Source: Candidatus Latescibacterota bacterium (lineage in GTDB: Bacteria; Latescibacterota; UBA2968). From it: 64,000 nucleotides of DNA. The position numbers and the translations under genes were made by a program. The stretch lies in contig OZ244960.1 of NCBI GenBank assembly GCA_965222605.1, positions 1,472,001 to 1,536,000 on the forward strand. The letters run 5' to 3'. Shown one piece after another: positions 20,135 through 29,551 of this stretch; the stretch's first letter is position 1; every line of letters starts with the position of its first letter. The notes beneath the pieces were generated by a model. It saw only the letters and a list, made by a program, of their open reading frames with translations, made no database searches and had not been told where the DNA came from.

Positions 20135-21418
20135 TCACACCAACCACCTCACCAAAAAGTAGCGGCGTTTGCCGCGGCGGATGACCAGATATTTTCCAGC
20201 CAGTCTTTCATCAGGCGTTAAGAGCCCGTGGCCCTCTTGCCAGCGCTGCCCATTGATATAAATGGCACCATTCCTGATATCTTCGCGCGCCTGCCGCCTG
20301 GACGATGAAATCCCGGCTCTCACGAGCAGATCAATCAGAATCACGCCACCTTCAGCATACAGAGTGCCTTTTCTTTCAACTTCATAAGACGGCACATCGC
20401 TACCAAATGCTTCTTCGATCTCCTGTTCATTCAAATCCTGCAAATTGCCGTAAAACAGCGCCTCGGAAATATGCACGGCGCGGGCCTTTGCGGCTGCACC
20501 GTGGATAAACGTCGTCACCTCTTCGGCCAGCACGCGCTGTGCCTCGCGCTTTTCGGGTCTCGCCTGCACTTCTCGTTCCAACTCTTCTATGCGTTCACGG
20601 CTCAAAAAAGTGAACAATTTTAAAAATTTCACCACATCGCGATCTGCTGCATTCACCCAAAACTGATAAAATTGATAGGGCGATGTCTTCTCGGGATCGA
20701 GCCATAATGTTCCCGTCTCGGTCTTCCCAAACTTTGTCCCATCCGACTTTTCCAGCAACGGGAAAGTCAACCCATACACAGTCTTATTGAGCATGCGCCG
20801 GCTCAGCTCTATACCCGCCGTAATATTGCCCCACTGATCGCTACCCCCAATCTGAAGCTCACAGCCATACTGTCGGTACAACTCCATAAAGTCATACGCC
20901 TGCAAGACCATATAACTAAATTCGGTAAACGAAATCCCGGTAGAAAGACGCGACGCCACCGACTCTTTGCCCAGCATATACCCCATTGAAAAGTGTTTGC
21001 CCACATCGCGCAAAAACTCAATCGTACGCAACTCTGAAAGCCAGGTATAATTGCTCACCATCTGCGCCGGATTGTGCACAGTCTCAAAATCCAAATACTT
21101 TTCCAACTGCTCCCGCTGACGCTCTGTATATCCCTGCACCACCTCCAATGAATTCAACTGTCGCTCTTCTGCTTTCCCACTCGGGTCGCCGATCAATCCC
21201 GTACCACCGCCCACGAGTGCAATGGGCTTGTGCCCCGCATCTTGAAAGCGGCGCAATCCCATAATAGGAACCAGACTGCCCGCATGCAGACTATCGGCTG
21301 TGGGATCAAATCCGCAATACAATGTCATCTGCCCCTCTGCCAAACGCCTGCGGAGCTTATCTTCATCTGTCATCTGAAAAATATAGCCACGAAATGCCAA
21401 ATCGTCTAATACATCCAC
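20135..21418 (-). CDS. tyrS: Tyrosine--tRNA ligase
   Basis: YCGFDPTADSLHAG, QIGGSDQWGNI, KFGKT, C-terminal S4 domain. Confidence 0.97.
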   Translation of the reverse strand: MDVLDDLAFRGYIFQMTDEDKLRRRLAEGQMTLYCGFDPTADSLHAGSLVPIMGLRRFQDAGHKPIALVGGGTGLIGDPSGKAEERQLNSLEVVQGYTERQREQLEKYLDFETVHNPAQMVSNYTWLSELRTIEFLRDVGKHFSMGYMLGKESVASRLSTGISFTEFSYMVLQAYDFMELYRQYGCELQIGGSDQWGNITAGIELSRRMLNKTVYGLTFPLLEKSDGTKFGKTETGTLWLDPEKTSPYQFYQFWVNAADRDVVKFLKLFTFLSRERIEELEREVQARPEKREAQRVLAEEVTTFIHGAAAKARAVHISEALFYGNLQDLNEQEIEEAFGSDVPSYEVERKGTLYAEGGVILIDLLVRAGISSSRRQAREDIRNGAIYINGQRWQEGHGLLTPDERLAGKYLVIRRGKRRYFLVRWLV

Positions 21419-21439
21419 GTTTTTATCTCCATATTCATA

Positions 21440-22048
21440 TCACGCCTTTACGCGCGCCAAAAAATCCCTCACTTTTTTGTGATCCTTCTTCCCCGGCTCG
21501 GCTTCTACGCCACTACTCGTATCCACCGCATAGGGACCAACTCGCTCAATCGCCTCCTGAACATTATCCGGATTTAGCCCACCGGAAAGAATAATGCGCC
21601 CATACCCTTTTGCCTCCACCGCCTTTATCCAGTCAAATGTCTTTCCCGTACCGCCGTAAGAACCCGCTCTCTCTGTATCCAATAAGAATGTATTGACCAG
21701 ATATGATCGCATGATCTGCACATCAAAATCGCGTCCCACGCGAAGCGCGCGAATCACAGGAACCGCATGCCCCAGACATGCTTCGGGAGGTTCATCCCCG
21801 TGCAATTGAATCGCCCGTAGCCCCGCCAACTTCACGGCAATATCAATCTCCCGCTCCGACGCATTCACGAACACCCCGACGGGCGTCACAAACGGCGGCA
21901 AATCAAAAACAATTTCTCCTGCTTTTTCGGGCGCGATATAGCGAAGACTCTTCTCATAAAAAATAAACCCCAGAGCATCTGCGCCATTATCAATCGCGCA
22001 TAGCGCATCATCCCGATTTGTAATCCCGCAAATTTTAGCTCGTACCAT
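21440..22048 (-). CDS. trpF: Phosphoribosylanthranilate isomerase
   Basis: KICGIT, QLHGDE, GGTGKTFDW, SGGLNPDNV, DTSSGVE. Confidence 0.95.
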   Translation of the reverse strand: MVRAKICGITNRDDALCAIDNGADALGFIFYEKSLRYIAPEKAGEIVFDLPPFVTPVGVFVNASEREIDIAVKLAGLRAIQLHGDEPPEACLGHAVPVIRALRVGRDFDVQIMRSYLVNTFLLDTERAGSYGGTGKTFDWIKAVEAKGYGRIILSGGLNPDNVQEAIERVGPYAVDTSSGVEAEPGKKDHKKVRDFLARVKA

Positions 22049-22829
22049 ACCCTATCAACTCCTGCAACTTGGCGGCAATATCCGATTCGCGCATCAAACT
22101 CTCGCCCACCAGCACGGCATCTGCACCCGCATCTCGAAGTGCGACAACATCCTCGCGCGTATAAATACCACTCTCGCTCACCGTCAACACGTCATCGGGG
22201 ATGTGATCGATCAACCCATAAGTCATATCCAGAGACGTATCAAAAGTTTTCAAATTTCGATTATTAATTCCAACAATCTCCGCACCCGCATCGAGCGCGA
22301 CCATCAGTTCTTCCCGCTCATGCACCTCCACCAGTGCATCCAGACCCAGCGCACGGCTCGTCGCTATAAATGAGGACAATTCTTCGGGCGTTAAAATCGA
22401 CACAATCAACAACACAGCCGAAGCCCCAATCGCGCGCGCTTCGTAAATCTGATAGGGATCAATCGTGAAATCCTTTCGCAAAATGGGCCGATCAACAACT
22501 GTTGAAATCTGAGTTAAATAATCCACCGAACCCTGAAAAAATTTCTCATCCGTCAATACCGAAAGCGCCGAAGCCCCATTTCTCACATAAATTTTCGCAA
22601 TACCCACCGCGTCAAAATCCCCGCGAATCACGCCCTTAGACGGCGATGCTTTTTTTACCTCGGCGATCACAGCAATATCGTCCCCATCTATCAGCCCATC
22701 AAAAAACGAAGGCGATCCTGGCGCATCTTCCGCCAACCGCGCCATCTCCTCAAACGGTGTCTGCGTCATACACCTGGCGAGGAACTCGCGTTTATACGCC
22801 ACAATTTTATCGAGAATATTGCTGGCCAT
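22035..22829 (-). CDS. trpC: Indole-3-glycerol phosphate synthase
   Basis: IAEVKKASPSKG, SVLTD, LRKDF, GINNRNL, SESGI. Confidence 0.96.
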   Translation of the reverse strand: MASNILDKIVAYKREFLARCMTQTPFEEMARLAEDAPGSPSFFDGLIDGDDIAVIAEVKKASPSKGVIRGDFDAVGIAKIYVRNGASALSVLTDEKFFQGSVDYLTQISTVVDRPILRKDFTIDPYQIYEARAIGASAVLLIVSILTPEELSSFIATSRALGLDALVEVHEREELMVALDAGAEIVGINNRNLKTFDTSLDMTYGLIDHIPDDVLTVSESGIYTREDVVALRDAGADAVLVGESLMRESDIAAKLQELIGYGTS

Positions 22830-22854
22830 AAAGTCCCACCATCCTCAGACAGGG

Positions 22855-23919
22855 CTAAAGCCACGACCGCGGGTCGGGAACAGACACCCATCCATTTTCG
22901 CGCACCGCCTGCAACCCCGCAATACCGGGCAGTGTCATATCCAGCGCCTGCATCAAATCTATCGGTGGTGGCGATCCATTCACAATCGCCTGCACAAAAT
23001 CCAAAACAATGAGCATACTCGTTTTGCCATGCCCCGCACCGAGCGCGCCCGAAAACTGGGGCAACTCGGGATGGCAACATTCTTCTCGCGTCACCTGCTC
23101 CTTATCGTCCAGAGAATAATAACACACCGTTCGTGCTTCGCGAAATCGCCCCGTCTCGAAAGAACCTTCATCGCCATAAAAACTCAAAAAATGGCTCATC
23201 CCATGCACATTCTGAAACGAATTTGTCAACCTGAACACCGCGCCGTCTGCAGTACGGAACAAAGCCGTCTGCACCCAGTCTGCTTCATACCCTTCTAAAA
23301 ATTCATCTCGCCCTGAAGCCGAAACAGCCATGACCTCAACCAAACGGTCGCCCGTCATCTTCAAATACGGCGATGTCCCATGTGTCGGATAAATAAGGGG
23401 TTGTAAACTATTCCGCCAGGTGGGTCGCCCATCGGGATGTCGCCTCAACGCTTTTAGACCGTGAATATACTCGGCCTCGGCATAGTAAATACGCCCCAGT
23501 TTCCGCGCTTCAAAAAGTGACCTGGCACGCACCACACTGGGTTCATAGATCCAATTCTCCGCCATCATATAAATGCGGTCACTTTTTGAAACGACCTCAA
23601 CCAATGCCTTTGCTTCATCCATTGTCAGCGCAGCGGGCACGGCACACAAAACGTGCTTACCAGCCCGAATCGCTCGAATCACATGTTCTGCATGAAGCGG
23701 CGCGGGAGTAAAAACAGCCACCGCGTCAATCCGTTCATCAGCGACAAAATCATCAAAAGCCGCATAACAAGCATCGACACCCAACAGCTCTTTCGCCTGA
23801 CCGCGTCTCTCCTGCTGGATATCACAAATAGCGACCAAATCAGTCTCGGCATACGCATCAAATACCCGCGCCCAGGACATGCCAAATCGCAAACCCGCAA
23901 CACCTACCGAGAGACCCAT
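22855..23919 (-). CDS. Gfo/Idh/MocA family oxidoreductase
   Basis: N-terminal Rossmann-like GVAGLRFG, TPAPLH, AGKHVLCAVP, MAENW, AEYIH. Confidence 0.85.
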   Translation of the reverse strand: MGLSVGVAGLRFGMSWARVFDAYAETDLVAICDIQQERRGQAKELLGVDACYAAFDDFVADERIDAVAVFTPAPLHAEHVIRAIRAGKHVLCAVPAALTMDEAKALVEVVSKSDRIYMMAENWIYEPSVVRARSLFEARKLGRIYYAEAEYIHGLKALRRHPDGRPTWRNSLQPLIYPTHGTSPYLKMTGDRLVEVMAVSASGRDEFLEGYEADWVQTALFRTADGAVFRLTNSFQNVHGMSHFLSFYGDEGSFETGRFREARTVCYYSLDDKEQVTREECCHPELPQFSGALGAGHGKTSMLIVLDFVQAIVNGSPPPIDLMQALDMTLPGIAGLQAVRENGWVSVPDPRSWL

Positions 23920-23942
23920 TTTACCTCACTCCATCTCGAAAA

Positions 23943-24956
23943 TCATTCCTGGCTCGCTTCTTTCAACCCTTCCAACTTCTCCAACGCCTTGCCCGAATCA
24001 ATCACTTCAGCCGCGACCTGCACACCTTCTTGTAAATCACGCGCCTTATCTCCCGCCACAATTGCCGCAGCCGCATTCAACAACACTATATCGCGCCGAG
24101 GACCTTCTTCGCCATTCAGAATCGACCGCGTAATCTCTGCATTATAATCGGCATCCCCTCCTTTTAGCGCGTCGGCTGTGGCTTGTCCCAGCCCAAAGTC
24201 CCCAGGTGATACGTCATACGTCGAAACCGATCCAGCCTTCAATTCGCTCACCTTCGTTGGACCTGTCAACGTCATCTCATCCAAACCATCCAAACCGTGA
24301 ACGACAAACGCGCGCTCAGATCCCAGAGTTGCCAAAACACCCGCGAGTGTCTCGGTCAATGCCGCGCTGTAAACGCCGACCACCTGCCGCTTTGCACCCG
24401 CCGGATTGCTCAGCGGTCCCAGCGCATTGAAAATTGTCCGCGCACCAATTTCCCGACGCGGCCCAATCGCGTATTTCATCGCCCCGTGCAATGAAATGGC
24501 GAACAAAAACCCGATACCCACATCGTCCAGACACCTGCTCACCGTCTCGGGCGATGCCTCAATATTCACACCCAATGCACTCAGCACATCCGCACTGCCA
24601 CTTTGACTCGTCGCCGCGCGATTGCCGTGTTTGGCCACACACAAACCCGCCCCAGCCGCGACAAATGCCGCCGTTGTCGAAATATTAAATGTGCCCGAAT
24701 GATCGCCCCCCGTGCCACAAGTATCGACAATCACATCGTGCTTTGTCACAATAGGCGTCGCCTTCTCGCGCATCACAGACGCTGCCCCGGCAATCTCATC
24801 AACACTCTCGCCCTTCACGCGCAACGCAATCAAAAACGCACCAATCTGCGCGTCCGTCGCCTCGCCCGACATAATCTGATTCATCGCATCCGTCATCTCA
24901 CCTCGGTGCAAATCTTCGCCTTCGATCACTTTTGCAATTGCTTCTTGTATAGTCAT
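23943..24956 (-). CDS. trpD: Anthranilate phosphoribosyltransferase
   Basis: DTCGTGGD, FNISTT, KHGNR, SGSADVL, GLDE; start at ATG 24956 after a GAGGAG RBS. Confidence 0.96.
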   Translation of the reverse strand: MTIQEAIAKVIEGEDLHRGEMTDAMNQIMSGEATDAQIGAFLIALRVKGESVDEIAGAASVMREKATPIVTKHDVIVDTCGTGGDHSGTFNISTTAAFVAAGAGLCVAKHGNRAATSQSGSADVLSALGVNIEASPETVSRCLDDVGIGFLFAISLHGAMKYAIGPRREIGARTIFNALGPLSNPAGAKRQVVGVYSAALTETLAGVLATLGSERAFVVHGLDGLDEMTLTGPTKVSELKAGSVSTYDVSPGDFGLGQATADALKGGDADYNAEITRSILNGEEGPRRDIVLLNAAAAIVAGDKARDLQEGVQVAAEVIDSGKALEKLEGLKEASQE

Positions 24957-24978
24957 GCTCAGCTCCTCGGGTAACAAA

Positions 24979-25542
24979 TCACGTATCGAGAAAGTTTTGC
25001 AGCAAATTCTTACCTTCACCCGTCAAAATCGATTCGGGATGAAACTGCACGCCATCTATCGCCATATCTCGATGGCGCAAACCCATAATCACGCCATCAT
25101 CGGTCTCAGCCGTAATCTCCAGACAAATGGGAAGACTTTTCCGCTCCACCACCAGCGAATGGTAGCGCGTGGCAATAAACGGATCGGGTAGTCCCTCAAA
25201 AATAGACTGCCCTCTATGATGAATCTCCGACACCTTCCCGTGCATAATTGTCGGCGCGCCCACAATTTTCCCGCCAAATGCCTGCCCAATGGACTGATGC
25301 CCCAGACAAACCCCTAAAATCGGAATTTTCCCCGCAAAATGCTGTACCAAAGCCACGGAAATCCCCGCTTCATTTGGTGTGCATGGCCCGGGAGAAATAA
25401 CGATCTTCTCGGGCGCGATATCCGCAATCTCTTCAAGTGAGATTTGATCATTGCGATGCACCACCAACTCCGCACCCAGTTCCCCGAGATATTGAACGAG
25501 GTTATAAGTAAAAGAATCGTAATTATCAATGACGAGAATCAC
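24979..25542 (-). CDS. trpG: Anthranilate synthase component II
   Basis: [33 protein letters not shown]. Confidence 0.95.
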   Translation of the reverse strand: MILVIDNYDSFTYNLVQYLGELGAELVVHRNDQISLEEIADIAPEKIVISPGPCTPNEAGISVALVQHFAGKIPILGVCLGHQSIGQAFGGKIVGAPTIMHGKVSEIHHRGQSIFEGLPDPFIATRYHSLVVERKSLPICLEITAETDDGVIMGLRHRDMAIDGVQFHPESILTGEGKNLLQNFLDT

Positions 25543-27014
25543 AACAACTCTCCTCCTTCAGCCATTTCTACCGCCCGAAACAGTGCCCGCGCTTTGTTCA
25601 CAGTCTCCTCATATTCGTATTCCGGCTCTGAATCGAACACCACGCCACCCCCTGCCTGCACATACGCTTTGCCATCCTTAATCACCAGCGTGCGAATGGC
25701 AATACACGTATCCATATTGCCCGCAAAATCGATATAACCCACCGCACCGGCATAAGGCCCGCGGCGCGTTGACTCCATCTCGTCGATAATCTCCATCGCC
25801 CGAATTTTTGGCGCGCCCGACACCGTGCCAGCCGGATAACAGGCAAAAAGCGCGTCCAGCGCATCGACACCCTCGTGCAATTCGCCGCGCACATTCGAAA
25901 CAATATGCATCACATGCGAATAGCGTTCAATCGACATCTGCTCGGTCACGCGCACCGTATCAAACCTGGAGACACGCCCCACATCATTGCGCCCCAAATC
26001 CACTAGCATAATATGCTCGGCGCATTCTTTTTTATCGGCCAACAAATCCTCTGACAGCACCTGATCCTCTGCCTCTGTTTTGCCGCGCCACCGCGTACCC
26101 GCAATGGGCCGCACCTGCACCACTCCGTCCTCTACCCTGACGAGCAACTCGGGCGACGCACCCACCAATTGATGGTCCTTCAAATCGACGTGAAACATAT
26201 AAGGCGACGGATTCACCGTCCGCAACGCCCGATAAATATCCAGCGCATCCACCGTCACATCCATTGCAAAGCGCTGCGAAGGCACCACCTGAAAAATATC
26301 ACCGGCCACAATGTATTCCCTGCAACGCGCCACCACATCCATATACGCTTCTTTGCTCGTATTTGAAGTCACCTCGCACGAACTCGTGCCCGATTTCAGA
26401 GACGCATCCACCGGTTGCGCCAGTGCCTCAATCAGTGTATCAATCCGTTTGACTGCATCTGCGTAATTCGCCTCCAGGTCGCCCTCTGTATGCACATTGG
26501 TCATCACATGCACTTTGTGCGTCACATTGTCAAAAGCCAGCACTGAATCGTAAAATGACAAAAATATATCGTCCAGACCGAGATCGTCTTCAACCGTCTC
26601 GGGAATGCGCTCAATCAAACGCACGGCATCATAGCTCACATAGCCCACCGCACCACCCGTAAATCGAGGAAACCCTTCTACGTGTTGCGAGTGGTATTTT
26701 TTTAACAACCCGCGCAATTCCTCAATTGGCTTCCCATCAAATTTTCGCACCTCACCCGTCGTCGTATGTTCAATCGAAATTTTTGTTCCGCGCGAACGAA
26801 AAATCAGAAATGGATCCACGCCCAAAAACGAATACCGCCCAATCTGCACACCGCCCACCACACTTTCAAACAAAAACGCATGCGATGATCTGGCGCGAAT
26901 TTTCAAATAGGCCGAAACGGGCGTCTCTGTATCCGCGAGAAGTTCTCTTGAAATGGGAATCAGACCACAGCCTTCGCTCAGCTTCTTCACAGTTTTGAAA
27001 TCGGGTTGAATCAC
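25539..27014 (-). CDS. trpE: Anthranilate synthase component I
   Basis: [44 protein letters not shown]; GTG start at 27014 after AAGGA. Confidence 0.95.
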   Translation of the reverse strand: MIQPDFKTVKKLSEGCGLIPISRELLADTETPVSAYLKIRARSSHAFLFESVVGGVQIGRYSFLGVDPFLIFRSRGTKISIEHTTTGEVRKFDGKPIEELRGLLKKYHSQHVEGFPRFTGGAVGYVSYDAVRLIERIPETVEDDLGLDDIFLSFYDSVLAFDNVTHKVHVMTNVHTEGDLEANYADAVKRIDTLIEALAQPVDASLKSGTSSCEVTSNTSKEAYMDVVARCREYIVAGDIFQVVPSQRFAMDVTVDALDIYRALRTVNPSPYMFHVDLKDHQLVGASPELLVRVEDGVVQVRPIAGTRWRGKTEAEDQVLSEDLLADKKECAEHIMLVDLGRNDVGRVSRFDTVRVTEQMSIERYSHVMHIVSNVRGELHEGVDALDALFACYPAGTVSGAPKIRAMEIIDEMESTRRGPYAGAVGYIDFAGNMDTCIAIRTLVIKDGKAYVQAGGGVVFDSEPEYEYEETVNKARALFRAVEMAEGGELL

Positions 27015-27026
27015 TGGAAAATCCTT

Positions 27027-27066
27027 AAAAAAATAAAAAAGGTCGTGAGCAGTTTGCCCACGACCT
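27027..27066 (-). terminator. Intrinsic terminator (attenuator) upstream of trpE
   Basis: Minus strand AGGTCGTGGGCA-AAC-TGCTCACGACCT stem (12 bp, one G-U pair) running into a T6-A-T7 tract. Confidence 0.9.
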
Positions 27067-27092
27067 CGTACTTTCATTCACTTACATCACAC

Positions 27093-27197
27093 TTAACACG
27101 CAGGACAAACCACACTCTTGGACGGGCGGCGATAATAATAATATCGACCGTCAAATCGACGCCAAAAATACCAAAAATGGGTTGCAAAAGCGTTCAT
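27093..27197 (-). CDS. Attenuator leader peptide rich in Phe/Trp/Tyr (34 aa)
   Basis: MNAFATHFWYFWRRFDGRYYYYRRPSKSVVCPAC*; AAGGA RBS at 27208-27212; lies between the promoter and the terminator in front of trpE. Confidence 0.88.
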   Translation of the reverse strand: MNAFATHFWYFWRRFDGRYYYYRRPSKSVVCPAC

Positions 27198-27238
27198 CAC
27201 ACCAAATTCCTTAAACAAGAGTTATGTCAGATGCGCCA

Positions 27239-27268
27239 AAGATAACAAATTCTAAAACAAATTGTCAA
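27239..27268 (-). promoter_or_regulatory. sigma70-type promoter of the leader/trp run
   Basis: TTGACA (27268-27263), 18-nt spacer ending in TGT (extended -10), TATCTT (27244-27239). Confidence 0.75.
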
Positions 27269-27277
27269 GTAGGAAGT

Positions 27278-28048
27278 TTATTCGTGGCCGTCAATCGTGC
27301 CCACCTCAATTTTCAACTCATCGCGGTCAATAATGCGATCTACGCGGCCATCGCGCACCCACACCACGCGGTCGGATACCGACAGCATCTTGTGATCGTG
27401 CGTCGCTGAAATCACGGTCACGCCCGACTCCTCGTTCATCCGGCGCAACAACTCAATAATCTCCCGCCCCGTATTCAAATCGAGATTTCCAGTCGGCTCG
27501 TCAGCCAGAATAATCGCTGGATCGTTGGCAAAGGCCCGCGCAACAGCCACGCGTTGCTGCTGACCACCTGAAAGCTCATAAGGCTTGTGCATCACGCGCT
27601 CGCCCAGACCGACCTGTGTCAACAACCCTACGCCCTTGTCGCGCGCCTCGTCGCTCGTCAGCCCGGCAAACACCATCGGCAGGGTCACATTCTCAAGCGC
27701 CGTCATCACCGGAATCAAATTATAAGATTGAAAAATATAACCGATCTTTCGGCAGCGCAACCACGCGAGTTCATAAGCGTCGAGTTGGGCGACATCTACA
27801 TCGTCGATATAAACCTTGCCTTCGGTCGGCTTGTCCAATCCACCCACCATATTAAACAGAGTACTCTTCCCCGAACCAGAAGGTCCCATGATGGACAGGT
27901 ATTCGCCCTGCGTCACTTCCAGATCCACTCCTCTGAGTGCGTGAATCTGCTCTTCGCCCATTATGTACACCTTCTTCACATCTTGCGTGCGTACAATAGT
28001 TGCCTGTTCGGCCTCTGCATTTGTTTCTGTTTTTTCTTCGGCAGCCAT
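27278..28048 (-). CDS. ABC transporter ATP-binding protein (LolD/MacB-like)
   Basis: GPSGSGKST, LSGGQQQRVA, ILADEPTGNLD, THD. Confidence 0.9.
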   Translation of the reverse strand: MAAEEKTETNAEAEQATIVRTQDVKKVYIMGEEQIHALRGVDLEVTQGEYLSIMGPSGSGKSTLFNMVGGLDKPTEGKVYIDDVDVAQLDAYELAWLRCRKIGYIFQSYNLIPVMTALENVTLPMVFAGLTSDEARDKGVGLLTQVGLGERVMHKPYELSGGQQQRVAVARAFANDPAIILADEPTGNLDLNTGREIIELLRRMNEESGVTVISATHDHKMLSVSDRVVWVRDGRVDRIIDRDELKIEVGTIDGHE

Positions 28049-28074
28049 AAAATACCTCACAATCAGTTTGTCAT

Positions 28075-28746
28075 TTAAACTTCCAAAGACATCGCATCAA
28101 CCGGCTCCATCTTGGCAGCGCGATAGGCCGGCAAAATGCCACCAATCAGCGACAAAAAAGAACCAATGACAATAGCTTTAACACCATCTTGAAGGATTTG
28201 AACCATGGGAAGATGATCGAAAATCACCGTACCAAAACTCGACATATTGAGCAATGCAGTCAGCAAAAACCCAACGATCACGCCAATAACCGTGCCCGCT
28301 GCACCCATAAACGTCGATTCGAGAATAAATAACTTAATAATAAATCCGTCCAATGCGCCCATACACTTCATAGTGCCAATCTCGCGGAACCGCTCCGTAA
28401 CAGACATCAGCATGGCATTGGCAATACCCACCAGACACACGAGCAGCGACAACACCACCAGCCATGCATCTTTTGACCGTTGCTGGATTGCGGCGGCACT
28501 ATCGGGATCAATTTCAACGCCCTTTTGTTGCAAGATCAAATTGATCTTGGGATCACTGGCAGCCATCAAACCGTCAATAATGGAATTGCCTGCCCAAATC
28601 GACATCAAAAAAGCGATGGCAAGCACAATACCACTCACCGTAATCAAAGACCGGCCAAATCGGATCTTAACGCTATTAAAACTGATCTCAACCGCTTTGG
28701 AAAGCGGAAGAGATATCTGGGTATTGAGTTCGCGCTGCTCTGCCAT
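28075..28746 (-). CDS. Short FtsX/MacB-type ABC permease
   Basis: RSLITVSGIVLA, IANAMLMSVTERFREIGTMKCMGA, PAYRAAKMEPVDAM; almost no periplasmic domain. Confidence 0.85.
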   Translation of the reverse strand: MAEQRELNTQISLPLSKAVEISFNSVKIRFGRSLITVSGIVLAIAFLMSIWAGNSIIDGLMAASDPKINLILQQKGVEIDPDSAAAIQQRSKDAWLVVLSLLVCLVGIANAMLMSVTERFREIGTMKCMGALDGFIIKLFILESTFMGAAGTVIGVIVGFLLTALLNMSSFGTVIFDHLPMVQILQDGVKAIVIGSFLSLIGGILPAYRAAKMEPVDAMSLEV

Positions 28747-28787
28747 AAACGCCTCCAGTTTCAAAAAAATTGCACAAACCGCTGCTC

Positions 28788-28816
28788 AACATAAAAGCCA
28801 ATTGCCCCTCTGTCAA
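28788..28816 (-). promoter_or_regulatory. sigma70-type promoter for the ABC pair
   Basis: TTGACA-N17-TATGTT on the minus strand. Confidence 0.6.
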
Positions 28817-28831
28817 GCCAAAATACCAGAC

Positions 28832-29551
28832 TTATTTATTATCGGCGTTGCCCTTTTTTCGCAAAAAATAGAATGTCAACAATTGCTTCATAAACAAATA
28901 GTACTCAGTCCAGTTCAATTTGCTGCTACTATATTGCCGGTTGCGAAACACAAAGGGCACCTCTATAAAAGACTTATAATGCCCCTTGACCAGAATCTCC
29001 AGCAAAATTTTATACCCCGGGGAAGTCAATGCCATGTTTTTAATAACGCGCCGATGCAAAAAGAAATAGCCCGCCAGTGGGTCTTGCACGCCAGTTAATT
29101 GCCGGGCGAGAAATACTCCCAATTGAGAAATAATTCTGCGGTACCAGGCCCATTGTTCGACGTGACTATCCGCATCAAATCGGCTGCCAATAGCCAGATC
29201 GTGATCTCGCAACCCGTAAATGAGCTGAGGCAAAACAATGGGATCGTGGCTCAAATCGGCATCTATCACCCCCAAAAGATCCCGCTCTGCCCGCTCAAAC
29301 CCCGCCATCACAGCACTGCCCAATCCCAATTTTCCTGCGCGGTGAACCACCTGCACCGGATAGCGATCCACGAGTGATTCGGCCACCTCTCCCGTGCTAT
29401 CGGGCGAATTATCATCAACCACAATCAATTCGAGATCGATGTCGGGATAGTCTTTCAGAACGTCGAATATTTCTTCCACCAATAAAGAAATATTCTCGCG
29501 CTCGTTATAGGTGGGCGTAATCAGAGAAATGTGGAGTTTATTATCAGACAT
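28832..29551 (-). CDS. GT2 glycosyltransferase, polyprenol monophosphomannose synthase (DPM1)-like
   Basis: PTYNERENI, VDDNSPD, GLGSA, DADLSHDP, IGSR. Confidence 0.85.
   Translation of the reverse strand: MSDNKLHISLITPTYNERENISLLVEEIFDVLKDYPDIDLELIVVDDNSPDSTGEVAESLVDRYPVQVVHRAGKLGLGSAVMAGFERAERDLLGVIDADLSHDPIVLPQLIYGLRDHDLAIGSRFDADSHVEQWAWYRRIISQLGVFLARQLTGVQDPLAGYFFLHRRVIKNMALTSPGYKILLEILVKGHYKSFIEVPFVFRNRQYSSSKLNWTEYYLFMKQLLTFYFLRKKGNADNK

Noticed and set aside
21419-21439. T-box riboswitch upstream of tyrS
   Set aside because: Only 21 bp separate trpF and tyrS; no room for the structure
27015-27077. N-terminal extension of TrpE in the ORF track (similar extensions on trpA, trpB, trpD, RmlD-like, GH3, ndk, yceD)
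   Set aside because: The extensions run through the terminator or neighbouring genes; downstream starts have RBSs and match family N-termini
27132-27143. (TAT)4 as a phase-variable microsatellite
   Set aside because: It is in frame as four Tyr codons of the leader peptide, which explains it better
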